A stretch of 63,745 nt of DNA, the filler included, from Choristocarpus tenellus KU-1152 (Eukaryota > Protista > Phaeophyceae): assembly GCA_964200185.2 (NCBI GenBank). It is 11 parts of 11 records of this genome, joined end to end, with 100 filler letters (N's around TTAATTAATTAA, not from the genome) between each part and the next. Parts side by side here need not be neighbours in the genome. Positions count along the whole stretch, not along the records: positions 47,346 to 60,767 come from CAXNAD020001498.1; positions 60,868 to 63,745 come from CAXNAD020023981.1; 9 more parts are not named here. One strand, written 5' to 3'. Positions 50,262 through 63,598 of this stretch are shown here, one piece after another. The notes under the pieces were generated by a model. The model searched no databases. It was not told where the DNA came from and saw nothing but the letters and a program-made list of their open reading frames with translations. Position 1 is the stretch's first letter, and every line of letters starts with the position of its first letter. Position numbers and translations under genes: made by a program.

Positions 50262-52633
50262 ACTGCCACTTGTGATCATTCGTCGTCATTGTTGTTTGTT
50301 TCGTATCCTTGTCAACTGCAGCTTCATGATTGGCATCAACCTCATCCATTGTATATTGTCGCACACACTCACGCTCGCATCTCTATACATGCGCACCTTA
50401 CTCCACCAATGCAGGTGTGAAAAATCTGAAACCTCCTAAGAGAGCGGAGAAGAAAATAGATGCAGAAACTGAACGTAGGTGAAAAAGGTGTTTCGTATAT
50501 GAATTCATCTACGTCATACACTACGTACGTACCATATACTGTGCACTACACAATCAGTACAACAAAAATCTTCTTCTTCGTGGTAGCTTGCAAATTGCCT
50601 CCCATTCATTAGTACACCACCACACCTGTTTTAGGAAATGGTGGGCAACTGTAACAGGAAACACAAGTACTGGCACCTATATCCAGGAAGAAAGAGCGTA
50701 ATTGTAAGCAATTGATTGTCATTTCATTGTCTTCTTGCTGTTGATGTTCCTGTAATTTTTGACGCCAAAATTGTCTTGAACATTAAGAGAACACAACCAC
50801 TTCATTCTACAACCACCATACTGCGAGCAATACGTGAGGACATAGACCACGCGAGTAAGGGGGGGAGGTAATCCAGAACAATCTTTGCATTCACGACATC
50901 AGAATGATACAAGCAAACGAGAGCACATTCTCTCCACAAGGGATGCACATTTATTTGTACGACACCATGCTAGATTGAGCATTTGGGTGGAACAAGGTAC
51001 TCTCACTTTACGACTAACCAAATTACCGATTTTCGCCTCAGAGAATTGAGCAGGGAATAATAGTTTTTACTCGATAGTTTAACCTTCTTACCCTTTATAA
51101 GGCTTAGTATTAAAAAATATATACTAACAATACCTTCTACTAGGTTCCGAGAAATATCTCTACAACGTGAAATTATTTTCTCAAGATCAAACTCCACTCC
51201 TTTTATGAAGATTTCATAATCGTCACAGTGTTTCTATTTTCGATAAATTTCTGTTGATTTTAGTAATGATTTTGTTGGTGTGGTATACATCCCAATTTAA
51301 ACATATCCCACCCAAGATGCTCTTTTCAATTACTGGTTTCTTCAAACTAGAGTCAACAGGGAGATGGGCACGGAGGGGTTCGTTGGATTCTTGGGATGCC
51401 TCCCTAGCTCCCCCTCCCAGGGCACAGGAGTAGGTAGATGGGAAGCACAGGAAGACAGTAGTACAATATTTGATAGTGGTGAAGTAACTGATTAGTGGTT
51501 TTCAAACTACTTACAGTGTTTTATAGTGTTCTCACGTTTAGGATGTTTTATTTCCTTAGAGGGGCTAATAACGACGTAAGTATAGCTTTCATTGGTTTTC
51601 CCCCTGACACATCTGCAAAATGTCAGAGGGCATAATAATATAGTACTGGTTTACGCCAAACTGTGTATTTCTGATTACCGCCACATCTCCATGACCACTC
51701 AATTATTGCTACATCAACCTCTCCATAAAATAAAACCACTCGAATATAAACATCAACAAAGCTGACTCCATCCATTACTTCAAAAATCTGATGTGAGCAG
51801 GGAATTTTGTGTACAAAGTGTTCTTTAAAAGCTGAAGCATGTAGTTTCATACCTCAAAGGTCTCCTTTGGGTAAAGAATATGATGCACGTATACCTTCCC
51901 TTAATCCCAACATTATCATTATCTCCTGACTCTTTCCGCACCAAAACTTGCCCCCTTTGTTGTAGCACCATGACCCAATTTCTTCTAGTTGCACCCACTA
52001 TGTGGTACTGCATCAGTCTTTACAGGGTTGATTATCTATTACACTCTAAAACCATGCTTCAATCTCAATAGCATTCTTGTTGTGATCTGCAGTATTTATT
52101 CATGGTAACGACAAAGCAGGCAAGCACCACCTATCTATGATATTCTGTGTATGATTCAGCATTAGCAAGTAGCAACATGTCGAAAACACATTACATTTAT
52201 GGAGAGGGGTAACTCAAGGGAATGGTATTTTAGAGGTTCAGCTTGACGTTGACACAACAATGTTGCTTTTCTTACTGAAATGAAGTGTCACCTGAACAAT
52301 CAGCTCTCTGTTGTCTCAGAAAAAAGCTCAATTCAGTCATTAGTTCCTTTTTATTAAACTGAAAATACTGGTGTCCTGTATTCTAGCTGTATGTGCATGA
52401 GTGTGTATGGATACTTCTTTGGCCCTTGAGTCGTACCTTTGGGCTCAAAGTTAAAACAAAATCTCCTTGTTTGTTAACAAAGTACAGTACAGTAGTCGCT
52501 TTTCCACACGCCATGTCTCTGATTCATTCCCACTGCTGCTGTGTACAACGCTACAAAAGATCAACAAAAAACCTCCAGTCTCCCCCAATATGGAGCAAAT
52601 CATTACAAGCTATATGTTCCCCTCAGATCAAAC

Positions 52634-55600
52634 TCAGGCAAGAGTTAGAGAGTTATCTACCAGGTCAACAGTTCCAAGCTCAAGAAGCGTTGAGAAAGCA
52701 TCAGCAAAATCAGCAAAGAACTTCTTGTCGTCTGCTGCATACATGTCAACATACCTGCACAACACATAGGAAAACAAAACAGGGAGGAAAATCATCTATA
52801 TTGCAGCATTGGTGCATCATTTAGGTGAGGGTATCCACCAGTGGGAAGGGGGAGGGAGATATATGAATGAGGGAAATATGGATGTAGAACATCGCCATTT
52901 TCCCTAGTGTTGTGATTCAAAAGCATGTAGTAGGAAGTAAAATCGGCTCCTAAATCTATGTGTACTTCAGAGTGTACATGATAATCAAATTGCGCATGAT
53001 CTCAAGAAACAAGTATTGAAATTTACACCTATGTCATATTGAGATGAGGGGATTGTAATAATCAATAACAATACATTTCCTTGGGGAGGGTGTGATAGCA
53101 GTGCTGAACCTATAAACATGATCATTTTTAGACACGAATAAAAAGATTCATGTTTAGAGTCAGCAATCTTAACTCTGTCCTCTCACCATGACACAATACG
53201 AGACATTCATGCCAGGTGAATGTGGAGTAAGTACACATTTTGTAAAATAGTTCTAGCAAAAGTTTTTTCTTTGTATTACAAAGACCATAACATTTGTTTC
53301 TCACTTGGCAAAGCTCGAGTCCTGAAGAAGTACAATGTCACTTGGAAGCATCATCAGCGATCCAGAGGGATCTGAGTATTGGAAAGGGCCCTTCCACTGT
53401 GAGGGGTAGAAGATGGAAGCAGTAAGAAGACAAGGGTTTACGTGTTACCTAACCGTGTTAGTGCTATTGAAGAATTCACCTGTATGGTACATAGACCACA
53501 TACGAGCAAGGTTACCTAGTCACAGCTCATTGAACCTGCCACACATGTGGTGTAGAAGTGGATGTGTTGCTGAGAGTGCATTCAAGGGTTGGGAACATCG
53601 TATCTCAGCATAAGCAAAAACCAGTCAAGCTCTGGTCACAATTTCAACTGTGATTGAAATACTCCTTTCATGTGCAACAGACCAATATTTTCATTCCACC
53701 CCTACAATAGCCAATAGAGGTAAGAGCTCTAGTATTCCATGTATTGATTTATTCTTCAATTAAAGAGTTCACAGAAATTAAGGCATTAGAATCACCTCCC
53801 GAGGTGTCCACTTGACGCTCTTCAACAGCTTGAAGTAAATTGCACCAGCAAACTGGTTAGGGGTTGGAGTCCATGGTCCATCATATCCAGAAGCATTGGG
53901 GTGACACCTATTATTCCAAATTATACAATAGATTGCAGGTTTCTTCCCAAAATCAACTCAACAACACACAGAAGTTACTAGGCAAATGAAACAATTGCAT
54001 GTGTGTGCAGCATGATACAAACCTAGGTAGACAACCCAAAGGTGGTAGTACAGAATTCATCGTGAGTTCCAATTCCAGTACCCTTTGTAACACCATGACT
54101 CTCAGCTAACATATTTATACCACTAGTGTCCATCAAATCTTTAAAATTGTGCATACCTTCCAAGGGCGTGTGCTCCTGATAAAGCCACAATTTCCTGGTC
54201 ATTAAAGCCCATTCGATAGAAGACATCCCTCAGACCCTGGGCTGTGGCTGTGGGGTTTCCCTTGTCAGCAGCAGGAAGGCGCCCATCTGGTGTTACTGCT
54301 GCAAAGTTCGTATCCGTACGACCAGAGCGCCACCTAGAGACCCACAGAAACAGAACAGCAACAGGGATATAAATTAAATCATTGACAATCTAAGCTATAA
54401 ACCCAATTAATTGTCATCAGTTTCTCTCAAACTCTCATGCAACATCCAACCATACCACATCCCAGGTGTATCCTTGCAACACTCTTCTAATAGTATTTTA
54501 GTACCAAAAGCAATGATCAGGGGTATGTTATCATAATTTACAAGGACTCATCTCCAAACAGGAGTTTGTGTAAAGAGAGGGACATGTATATTTTACACAC
54601 GTAGGGGTTGAGTGGAAGGTATCTGTTGATGCAGTAATTGTTCAGAATGGACACATGTGATGTGTAGGTGAGGAGAGACATTGGGCATCGACTCTCTCAC
54701 TTGATCTTAGGACCTCCCATCTTTTCAATTGCCACCACACCAGCCAGTGTGTACAAATCCCCAAAGGAAAGTTCCTTGTACTTGTTCTTTACCGGTTGAA
54801 GCCACCTGCAATTCACAGAAGGGGTAGGTGTAGGGTGAAAATGCATTTGCATTAATACAGAAATAAACACATGCATAGATGATAAGAATTCAACATGGGA
54901 TGCAGGAGGTAGCATAGGGCAACATTATTTCAAGCTGTTGGAAACCCATGGGTTCTAAGTGCACAAGGGGTATCAATCCTACAACTTGCACCAAGGCAAT
55001 GTGCACCAACCCCTTCTTGCCTGTATGATCATACCTTAACCTTAACCCTAACCCTACACATACAATGAACTCCAGAGAAGTATACTGATGACCTATTTTG
55101 TCTGCCAGAGGCACCTCACAGAAAAATCATTTCTCCTGAAAAGAAATCTGCTATGCCTGTTTGCATACAATCTACCAACTCAAGGAATGAATCCTAAACA
55201 GACTTGAGGAGCAAAGAAATCAGTTTCTTGATGGATAAGGAAATCATAAAGTTTAACCAATGTAGTGTCTGCAGGAGGCGAAATTTGACACAGGAAACAT
55301 CTACAGGCATAAGTATATCCACTTTCACTGTTAAATGTCAACACCAATGCAAGAGAAAATATTATGCCACACCAGAGCAACCCTTCAAGAGTGAGAAGGG
55401 GGACTCAAATCTCATTTTACGTTTCCCTTGTTGATTTCCACCCCACACAAATGCCTTTATTGACAAAAAGAAAGAACCTACTTAACGTATTTGTCTGGTA
55501 CCTACCACCTTAAGGGTAAAATCTTCCAAGTTTTGGAACAAAAAGTTTTGAGTTTCCTGCTATTACCATAAATAGAACTACTGTTTAGTGTCTACAGCCA

Positions 55601-58577
55601 GCAAAAACCTGACATAGGAACATGTGTTAGTTCATCTTTTCATTCCCACTGTCGAGAGCTATCATCAGTTATATATCCTGATTTGGTGAGAAATCAAAAC
55701 AAGAAAACACACCAGAGCCAACTTTGAAAACCCAAATAGAACGGACACAAATACCCCCATACATATTTCCTGTTACAAAATTTACCTCCTGCAGAGAAGA
55801 GAGTCCCTTGATGACAAATGGAAGCATCCACTAGACTCAATTGTGTGCTACCAACCAATGTGAACGTTGATTCTTACAGAGAGTCAGATATCTTTCTACA
55901 AAAAGCAGAAACTGGTACTTTTATTCTTTGGTATGGAATATGCTCCATTGTTACATCAATTAGACTGAGTGCCATCTAACATGAACACTAAGCTCATTAA
56001 ACATAATTCACCAGAAAATCAATGATCTGGAGGGTGGGTTAGACGGAATCCAATTCTGTATTGCGAACAGTATAGCACCCTTGATCTTGAGTCTGACATT
56101 TTAGCGTAACCACAATACTCAAGGTTGCAAGGAAAATTTTGATTACTTTGCTTTAACATGACTTTAGTCTTACAAATGAAAAAGGCTTCACTCTTAAAAA
56201 ATTAATGGATCAAATGCTGGTGAAGGTTTTAAACAGTATAAGAACATCTTCCACATCTGATAAGAGTTTCACACCCCACTCCACATACTTGGTATAAACT
56301 TAAAACTATTGCGTACTATATCAAAAACACGTATGTTCTGCAAGATATTCTTTTTTCAGCAGCAGTCCAAATATGACATATGAAGTAGATCTCAAAAAGG
56401 ACCGAATAATTAATTTCTCTCACATGGTAATCAATGCTAGATAAGTAACACGAAATAATCTCATCCAAACCCTTCCCCCCACATCCATCCAATCGAACCA
56501 GTGGCTTTTGTACAAATGACTTCTCTTTTTTTCAGGTCAATTTTTAAAAAAGCACAATCCTAAAGCAACACCCTTAAAATCAGTCCCACCCCCCAATGCA
56601 CAATAATCATGAAAGCATCTTTCCATACTATCTTTGTTGCCAAGTGGAGCAGGGGAGGAAAGGAAGAAAGTGCAAGGGGGAGGGAGGAAGGGGTTATACT
56701 CACTCGACAGCTTTGTAGAGACCCGCATTCGCTCCATGAGACAGCTCATCCTTGAATCGTATGGTTCCCCCCTGGGAACCTCCCGTCTTTGAGATGCGGT
56801 CATATGTACCTTTTTTGTTAGAACAAACACGTGACATTTAATACATGGACCGTGAAGAACAATTCGTTAGACCCAATACAACAAAGTGTAGGCCGCAGAC
56901 TTCAGTCAGAAGTAGTGCAGACTTGAGAGGAAGCGGGGGAGACATTTTTGCAACAGGTCCTGATATTTGCATGCAACTTAGGAGGATTGTTGCCGTAAGA
57001 TTCTGAACACAAGAGATAACTGTACAATGTTTAACATAAAGCTCAGCATGCATTCCTTCTCGTAGATTTAAGGTGTATGAATAGACAAATAGAAGAAGTA
57101 ATGGTCAACCCTGCATCTCTTCAGTTTGTGGACAACCAGTAGGAAAATATCGGTCTAGTAACTCCCATCTTCAGTGACAGTATATTTTTATGTCTCTTAT
57201 CATTTTTTTTCTTTGCTGTGTTATTTGTATTGGGATAAAGGATACACATCATATCTCCTACTTTGACCTTCAGTTCTGGAATTCAGTTCTGGAATTGGAG
57301 ATACTGCAAGGAATGGGGACCCAAACAAGTACAGAAGAGAGTGAATACTGTCCTGGATTATGAGCAACATACAAGTCTTTAAGGTAATATCACAACCTGA
57401 CCACAATTACGACCCCAACGCCGCCATCACGGCATTCATATCCGCATATTTTTCGGAACATATAGATCTTTTTTACCATGACCAGGATAGCTGCTATTCC
57501 TATTGCACTTAGGCACTTCGCTCACAATGGATGGGAGGGCATGGAGTGTGTTAAAAACTGACGAGAATTCTTTTAGGGGTTGGGCAGGTTCCCAGATTGG
57601 GGTCAGAACCAAGAGTGAAAGTTCTTGTTCTGGGGTCTCGACCAACTTAATGTTAAGGAGACCGTAGAACTGCTGGGGTGGGAATCATGGTTGCGTTTTA
57701 TCTAGAAAACCAATGGACAACTCGAGTATTAGACGACGGTTGTGTGGTTGGTCTGTCAAGGGTTGCTAATGTTGGTTTAGTGAGACTACGACGAAACCGG
57801 AAGGACTAGGAAAAAAATGTGGATTAGTAATAATTCGTTGTGCGGTATGGGTGGACAAAGCGGGACGAGGACGTGGAAAACATACCTGAAGAATGCCAGG
57901 CCAGCCGTACAAATGTTGGTCCACGGTCAGGTTCCTTGTCAATGATGGCGGCAATATCTTCCCTGACCTAACAGATTGTAGAAGAGCGGGTGGGAGAGAG
58001 TGTTGAGGAACTGAGCTGTCTTCGGTAGCGAATTTGGAGGAATAAACTACAGCAAAAACTAAAATTGGAAAAAGTACGCCAATACTAAAAACTTGGCATG
58101 ACGAGTTTACCGGGATACATGTTACATTATTGAAGGTATGTTCAACCTCGAGGCATGCAACGGGGATTCTAGACCCATGAAATGTTTGAGACGGCGACCA
58201 TCGATCCCGCTCGACCCAAGTGTAATATCAATGCCGCGGATGCCACACACCACTGCCTGGAAATAGGGTTTGACGCCCAAGTATTCACCAACGCATCGTA
58301 CCTTTGAGTAGTCAGGAGGAGGCTGCTTCACGGCCACTGCCACTTCAGGTGCTAAGCCTTGTACAAGCACGGACCCGAAGGTAGATGCTGCAATCGATCG
58401 AAAGAATACGCCCCTTTCCATAGGTCCGAATGCGCTCATCGTTGTCACTGCGGAATAAGCCTGTTTCCCCCTACTATCGACAATTGCTGGGCGGACCTGG
58501 ATTGGGCCCATGAAAGCCTCAGCAGTTGAGGACATGGTGATCGCCAAGATGAATCCCCCAGCATTCTTCAACCCCAT
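52634..58577 (-). CDS. Class I heme peroxidase (cytochrome c peroxidase/ascorbate peroxidase family), complete, 356 aa, with plastid and probable lumen presequence
   Basis: Eight exons: 58577-58302, 57967-57886, 56809-56704, 54805-54701, 54333-54157, 53907-53796, 53396-53305 and 52754-52634. All are GT-AG and total 1071 nt in frame. Motifs: distal [47 protein letters not shown], proximal [28 protein letters not shown] and [14 protein letters not shown]. Confidence 0.95.
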
Positions 58578-61500
58578 GACTATCAGTTATTCCGTAGCTC
58601 AGTGGTAAACGCGATTAGAAATCCTTGTTCTATTGTGTGGACTCCAGGTTGGGTCTGGTTGATTGTAGAATGAGTAGGAGGACGGACCTTGAACATGAAT
58701 TGTAATAAGTCATTGTTTGGTTGGTTGATTGAGTTGAGGGTATCTTTTTTCCAACAAGAGAATAATCAACCTCAACTTGTGACGCCGTATGTCCTAAGGA
58801 TAGTAGCATTATTATGTAAGGTGTTTTGTGACGGACCCCTTTGGATCTCAGTCCAAGTATACATTCGCGCGCTCACATAAGATAAAAAAAAGTCATTGCG
58901 CGCACATTTCTTTGTCATTGGTGACGTTTCCATCAACATCAAACACAGAGAACTCTTGAGAATTCTCAGACATCTTCCCAGTGACGATCACCAAGATGTG
59001 ACGCCATCTGGTGGATCTGGGATTCTCTTAAAACTTCTCCTAAGGTTTGATGGCTGAGAGAGCTCTGGGTTTGCTGGTAGCACCCCACCATGACACAATT
59101 GGTGATTTTGAACACCTCCCACGACTGATTGGACCCTGCCTCACGACAGTTTCATGTTTTTCATGTTCTACTACTCTACAACACTAATAATTTGAGAGTT
59201 GGAACCTCCTCTTTCTCAGATACTATCCCAACAAACAGATACAACTTCACCGATTATGCCTACAAGGAAAAAAACTTGTCAATCTGGACGTAAGTTCGAC
59301 CCAAAGCTAGGATCTGTGTGATGTCCGCTGCCTTATTGGGACATGGAAGGCACACGACCAACCTCGCAATAACAGGGCAGACTTCCTGGGGTCTCCAAGA
59401 CACAATGCTCATCACACTGCCATCAATGATCATATCCCACACATGACATCCAAGTGCTACCCCACTCCCCATCTCTACCCTTCCTCTCACAATGAATGTT
59501 ATCACACCTTCCTTCATGCCAACCAAGTCCTTGGAGACATAGCCGGGTCAGAGTTGAATTACTTGACTGCTGTGCAAATCAATGAGGGGAAATGTCGAAC
59601 AAGATAGGGGCAAGATTGCACCCTTGCCGAGGGCATTGCTTGACCTAAGCCCAAGTATGTACGTAGACTGTCCACTGACTGTTACACATCAGAGGCACAA
59701 ACTATGCAGTTCCTCACAGGATACACTCTCCTGTTCCAGGCAACCTTTGTAGACCTGTCATGCGACAACCCTTGAGAACCACTTCGCCAGTTTGCCCCAC
59801 CAATAAGACGCCGCTGTAGATATTAAAATCCAGTCCAATCCAATGCATCTTCTGAAGAACTTTGACGCCTGCATCCTGCTAAAACTTGTTTGTGGCACAT
59901 CTTCCTGTTTCTTTGTATAACCCCATCCAAAAATTAGCCAACTTTCCTATAACTCGGGGGATCTACTTGCCACGTATCCTGTTCAGTTGATAACCAACTC
60001 TGCACGGTCAACAAATACACCAACGATTATATATACCATAGTGTACATCAATACCGACGACAATCGACCTTCTTCTTTAACCACCAAAATAAGAACAATA
60101 ATCTCTCTTTTTAGATTATTTCTATTTTCAAAGCGCTCAATGAACTGGCAAGTCGAGATGCTTGCATACCTCCAGGCAGCACATACCACCAAGGCCTCTG
60201 CTTCATAACCCCTCCCCCCCCCGCCACAAATTTTCATAGACCATAGTGCACATCAAATGCGAGTGCATGTTCGGTGAGCACAGACGCACGTAACCGTGCA
60301 TCTGTCTATCAAGTCAATTTTCCTTCACCCTTGGCAATACTGGCAAGCCACGCTGATTGCCTACATCAGTAGTGTGTAACACACAAGCATGTTTAGTCAT
60401 TTCACGGTCTGATCAGCAAGCACAACAACAACACTCGGGTCAGTTCAGTTTAATGCAACTCAATAACGTCTTCCATTGTTCCTAGACAGTGCAGCACTCC
60501 ACAACCAAATTTTCAAATAGACCACCAGCACCATATCCATCATTTTTATTATTTATCTCAACAAGCATACAATAAAAGTCTACCACTCTGCAGTCTGCAT
60601 GATGCATCCTTAATACAACAGATGCCAATAAATACATAAAAACCTTTTACGATGGTAGTAGCGCTACGAACAATACAAATTGCTCTAGAGCACTGCTCCA
60701 GAGCAGTTTGCAAATACAGTCGTACACGAAAGATGCAACAGGTGACCCAAAGTATCTGGGGGGGGGGNNNNNNNNNNNNNNNNNNNNNNNNNNNNNNNNN
60801 NNNNNNNNNNNTTAATTAATTAANNNNNNNNNNNNNNNNNNNNNNNNNNNNNNNNNNNNNNNNNNNNGGGTTTGCGAGGGAAGTTTGTTTTGTGGGGGCA
60901 GGTGGGGTGGTAGTGTGGTTGGAGGAGGAGAGGGATGGAGGGTGGGGGGGGGCTCTCTCACTTTGTCATAGTCATGAACTGCGTGGAAGGCCTTGTCTTG
61001 AACCCAGGGGATAAAATAAATATACGAGATCAAATGTTTGATATAATGACGGCCTTTGTTTTATCTTGAAGAGGAGCATCGTGTATATATATGTTGATGA
61101 GTTGATGCTACTACTGTTTTCTTGAACTTCTGGTCTTGAATTTTAGGCTGGATGAGGTGTGCCGACCACCTCCGTAAGAGTGTACATCTGCGTTTGGGAA
61201 GGGAAGTGGCATCACCCACCATAGACACCGAAGGAGCAATACTCTCATCAAAAAGGGTCGAAACTTGCCTCTTATCTCAAGCTCTTTGATCTTTTTTTTT
61301 TCTTTTTTTTCCCTCCACTTTGTTGAGACTCGATCTACTTAATGGCAATCCTTCAACGACAGACACTTGATTCTCCACAATAGTAGCAGTAATAGTAGTA
61401 AAGAGTTCGTTCAAGGAACGTGTTTTATGGCGGACCCTTCCCCCAAGCAGAAGAAGACAGAGCAGGTGCAAGTTGTTGGGCTTACCATGTGAAGCGCGCG

Positions 61501-61947
61501 GGTATGCACATCTCCTTGCAAGCCTGCTGGGTGAGTGATAATCGTTTTCATTGTGGTGTGAGTGGGTGAGCCTGGGAATTGTGAGGTTCTACGAGGAAAC
61601 CATCTGTTCTAGAAGGAACACATTGAGCACTTTATCGCTGCTCTGGAGGATGATGGTTGTTCCTGCCTCTCCATCTTATCGGCTTGATTGTGGTACATAC
61701 CAGTGCAGCAGTACATAACACAATGCTTGCTTGAAGTGCCAGAGTGTTGAGGCAAAGCATCGTAACTTGAACTGTGTATAAATATAATATATATTTATAT
61801 ATATATATATTTATATTTATATTTATCTTACACTGTGCCTATGTATAATGGAATTCACTCGAACAAAAACTGCAAAAAAAAAACTATGATAGCGCGTAGC
61901 ACATGCACTTACAAAAAAAACAAAACACGTGAAATACACTGAAGCAG

Positions 61948-62358
61948 GCCTACGTGGAAGGCACCCTCACAACATGGACAGCAACTGCGATGAAGATGGT
62001 GGAGTCTTTCTTGCACCAGGATAGCAAGAGGGGTCGAGAGTCTCGCTCCCTGGCTTCCCTCACCAGTTCGCCGACATGTAGTCCTCAACACACGAGAAAG
62101 CGATTGCCAGGGCAGGTAAGTTTGTCTATTGTGTCGTGGAAGAGTATTGCAATGCTTGTTGCCCCTCGTGGGGCAGAGATCTAAAGTGGAAGGCGAAGAG
62201 GGGGGGGGGGGGGGGGGGGGCGGGGAAGGGGGATGAGGTTCTTGAGGGGGACAATTTGCTTGTTGCCCCGTTTTTGATGTTTTTGGGGGGATCNNNNNNN
62301 NNNGTGTGGGGGGGGAGGGTTTTGGTATTGGGGGGGCCCGGGGGGGGGGGGGGGAATA

Positions 62359-62399
<41 letters not shown>

Positions 62400-63598
62400 A
62401 GAAGATGGATGAGATTCTTGAAGTAGACATATTGCTTGTTGCTCCGATCTTGATGATTTCGGAGTGATACTCTTTCAGAGGGATCTATCTTAGTTGTGTA
62501 ATTTCATTTGAACAATCATCCTTAAAAGTGTCGTCGTATTTTGTTGTAGATATCATTTATGCACTATATTTTTTTTCTCCTGTCAAAATTTAGCGTCTGA
62601 TTGGAGCTTTATGAAGGTAAACATATGGAGGGAGCTCTGTGAAGCCATGGTGGACCTAGAGCACAAGAGGTCAGTGCAGCTGCAATCTATTGTCAATTTT
62701 TTACAGCATTTTGTAGTGGAGGGATCTAAGCACCAATGCTTATTTGCAGTTGCACTGGACAAACTGCGCATGATAGATCCAACTCTGGGCACTGTTCAAA
62801 TGAGTGGTGACATTATGTATGTAGACCCTTATGCGTGTGTATGTGTGTTCTGGGGGATGCAGACAACTCTACCCTGCTCTGTAGCCACTGGTGCAAAATA
62901 GTTAAAAGTTCTACATAGTACCATAGTACTACAGCGTGCTACGTAGCATTATGTTTACCCCTGCCCACCCCCAGGCATATCACCAGTCCTACTGTTAAAA
63001 GTACATGTGTCATTCGATCAACTGTTCTTCCATTAAGACAGTCTTTGAGCTGCAGATGCAGGCCTCGACACCAGCTGCAAATGGGTTTATTAAGATTTCG
63101 TACCTGTTGTTCACTCTGCTATACGCTTATTTCCTTGTAGGTTGCTGTGGTTATTTTTGCTATTTACTGAGTACAATGAAGAAAAAAAGCTTTGGAGATG
63201 AAGAGAGAGCACTCAAAAAGCCCCCATTAACTTTCATGTCTTCTTTATCTTCTTGGATGGATAATTTTTTCTTAAGAAGAGCTGACTGATTCCACAATTT
63301 GTATACTTCGTTAAGAGTAACAAGAACATGTGGAATGGATCCATTTCTTTTTTTCTTTCTGGCCCACGTGTGGATCTGCATGTGGGTTTCCCGCCTGTTT
63401 TCGTTTTTGCAGGCAGCAGTGCCAAGTACAGGTTGTAGTGACAATAGAGCACCACTCGATCCATACAGGTCTGAAAATGAACCCGAGTCTGCAGTGACTG
63501 GTGTTCCTACTGGGATACAGGAGGGGGTGTATAGGGGGGGTACTCCGGAGACCACATCGATAAGGACTCTCTTGAGAACAGCGGACAGGCTGGTGGAG
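61948..63598 (+). CDS. Possible internal exons of an unidentified gene
   Basis: Open stretches bounded by AG/GT: 61948-62115 (AYVEGTLTTW...RLPGQ), ~62617-62816 (VNIWRELCEAMVDLEHKR...) and ~63413-63598. No family recognised and the exon chain is not fully resolved. Confidence 0.3.

Noticed and set aside
59000-60000. Coding-like tract upstream of the peroxidase (possible TE or viral relic)
   Set aside because: It has multiple stops in all frames and no identifiable motif.
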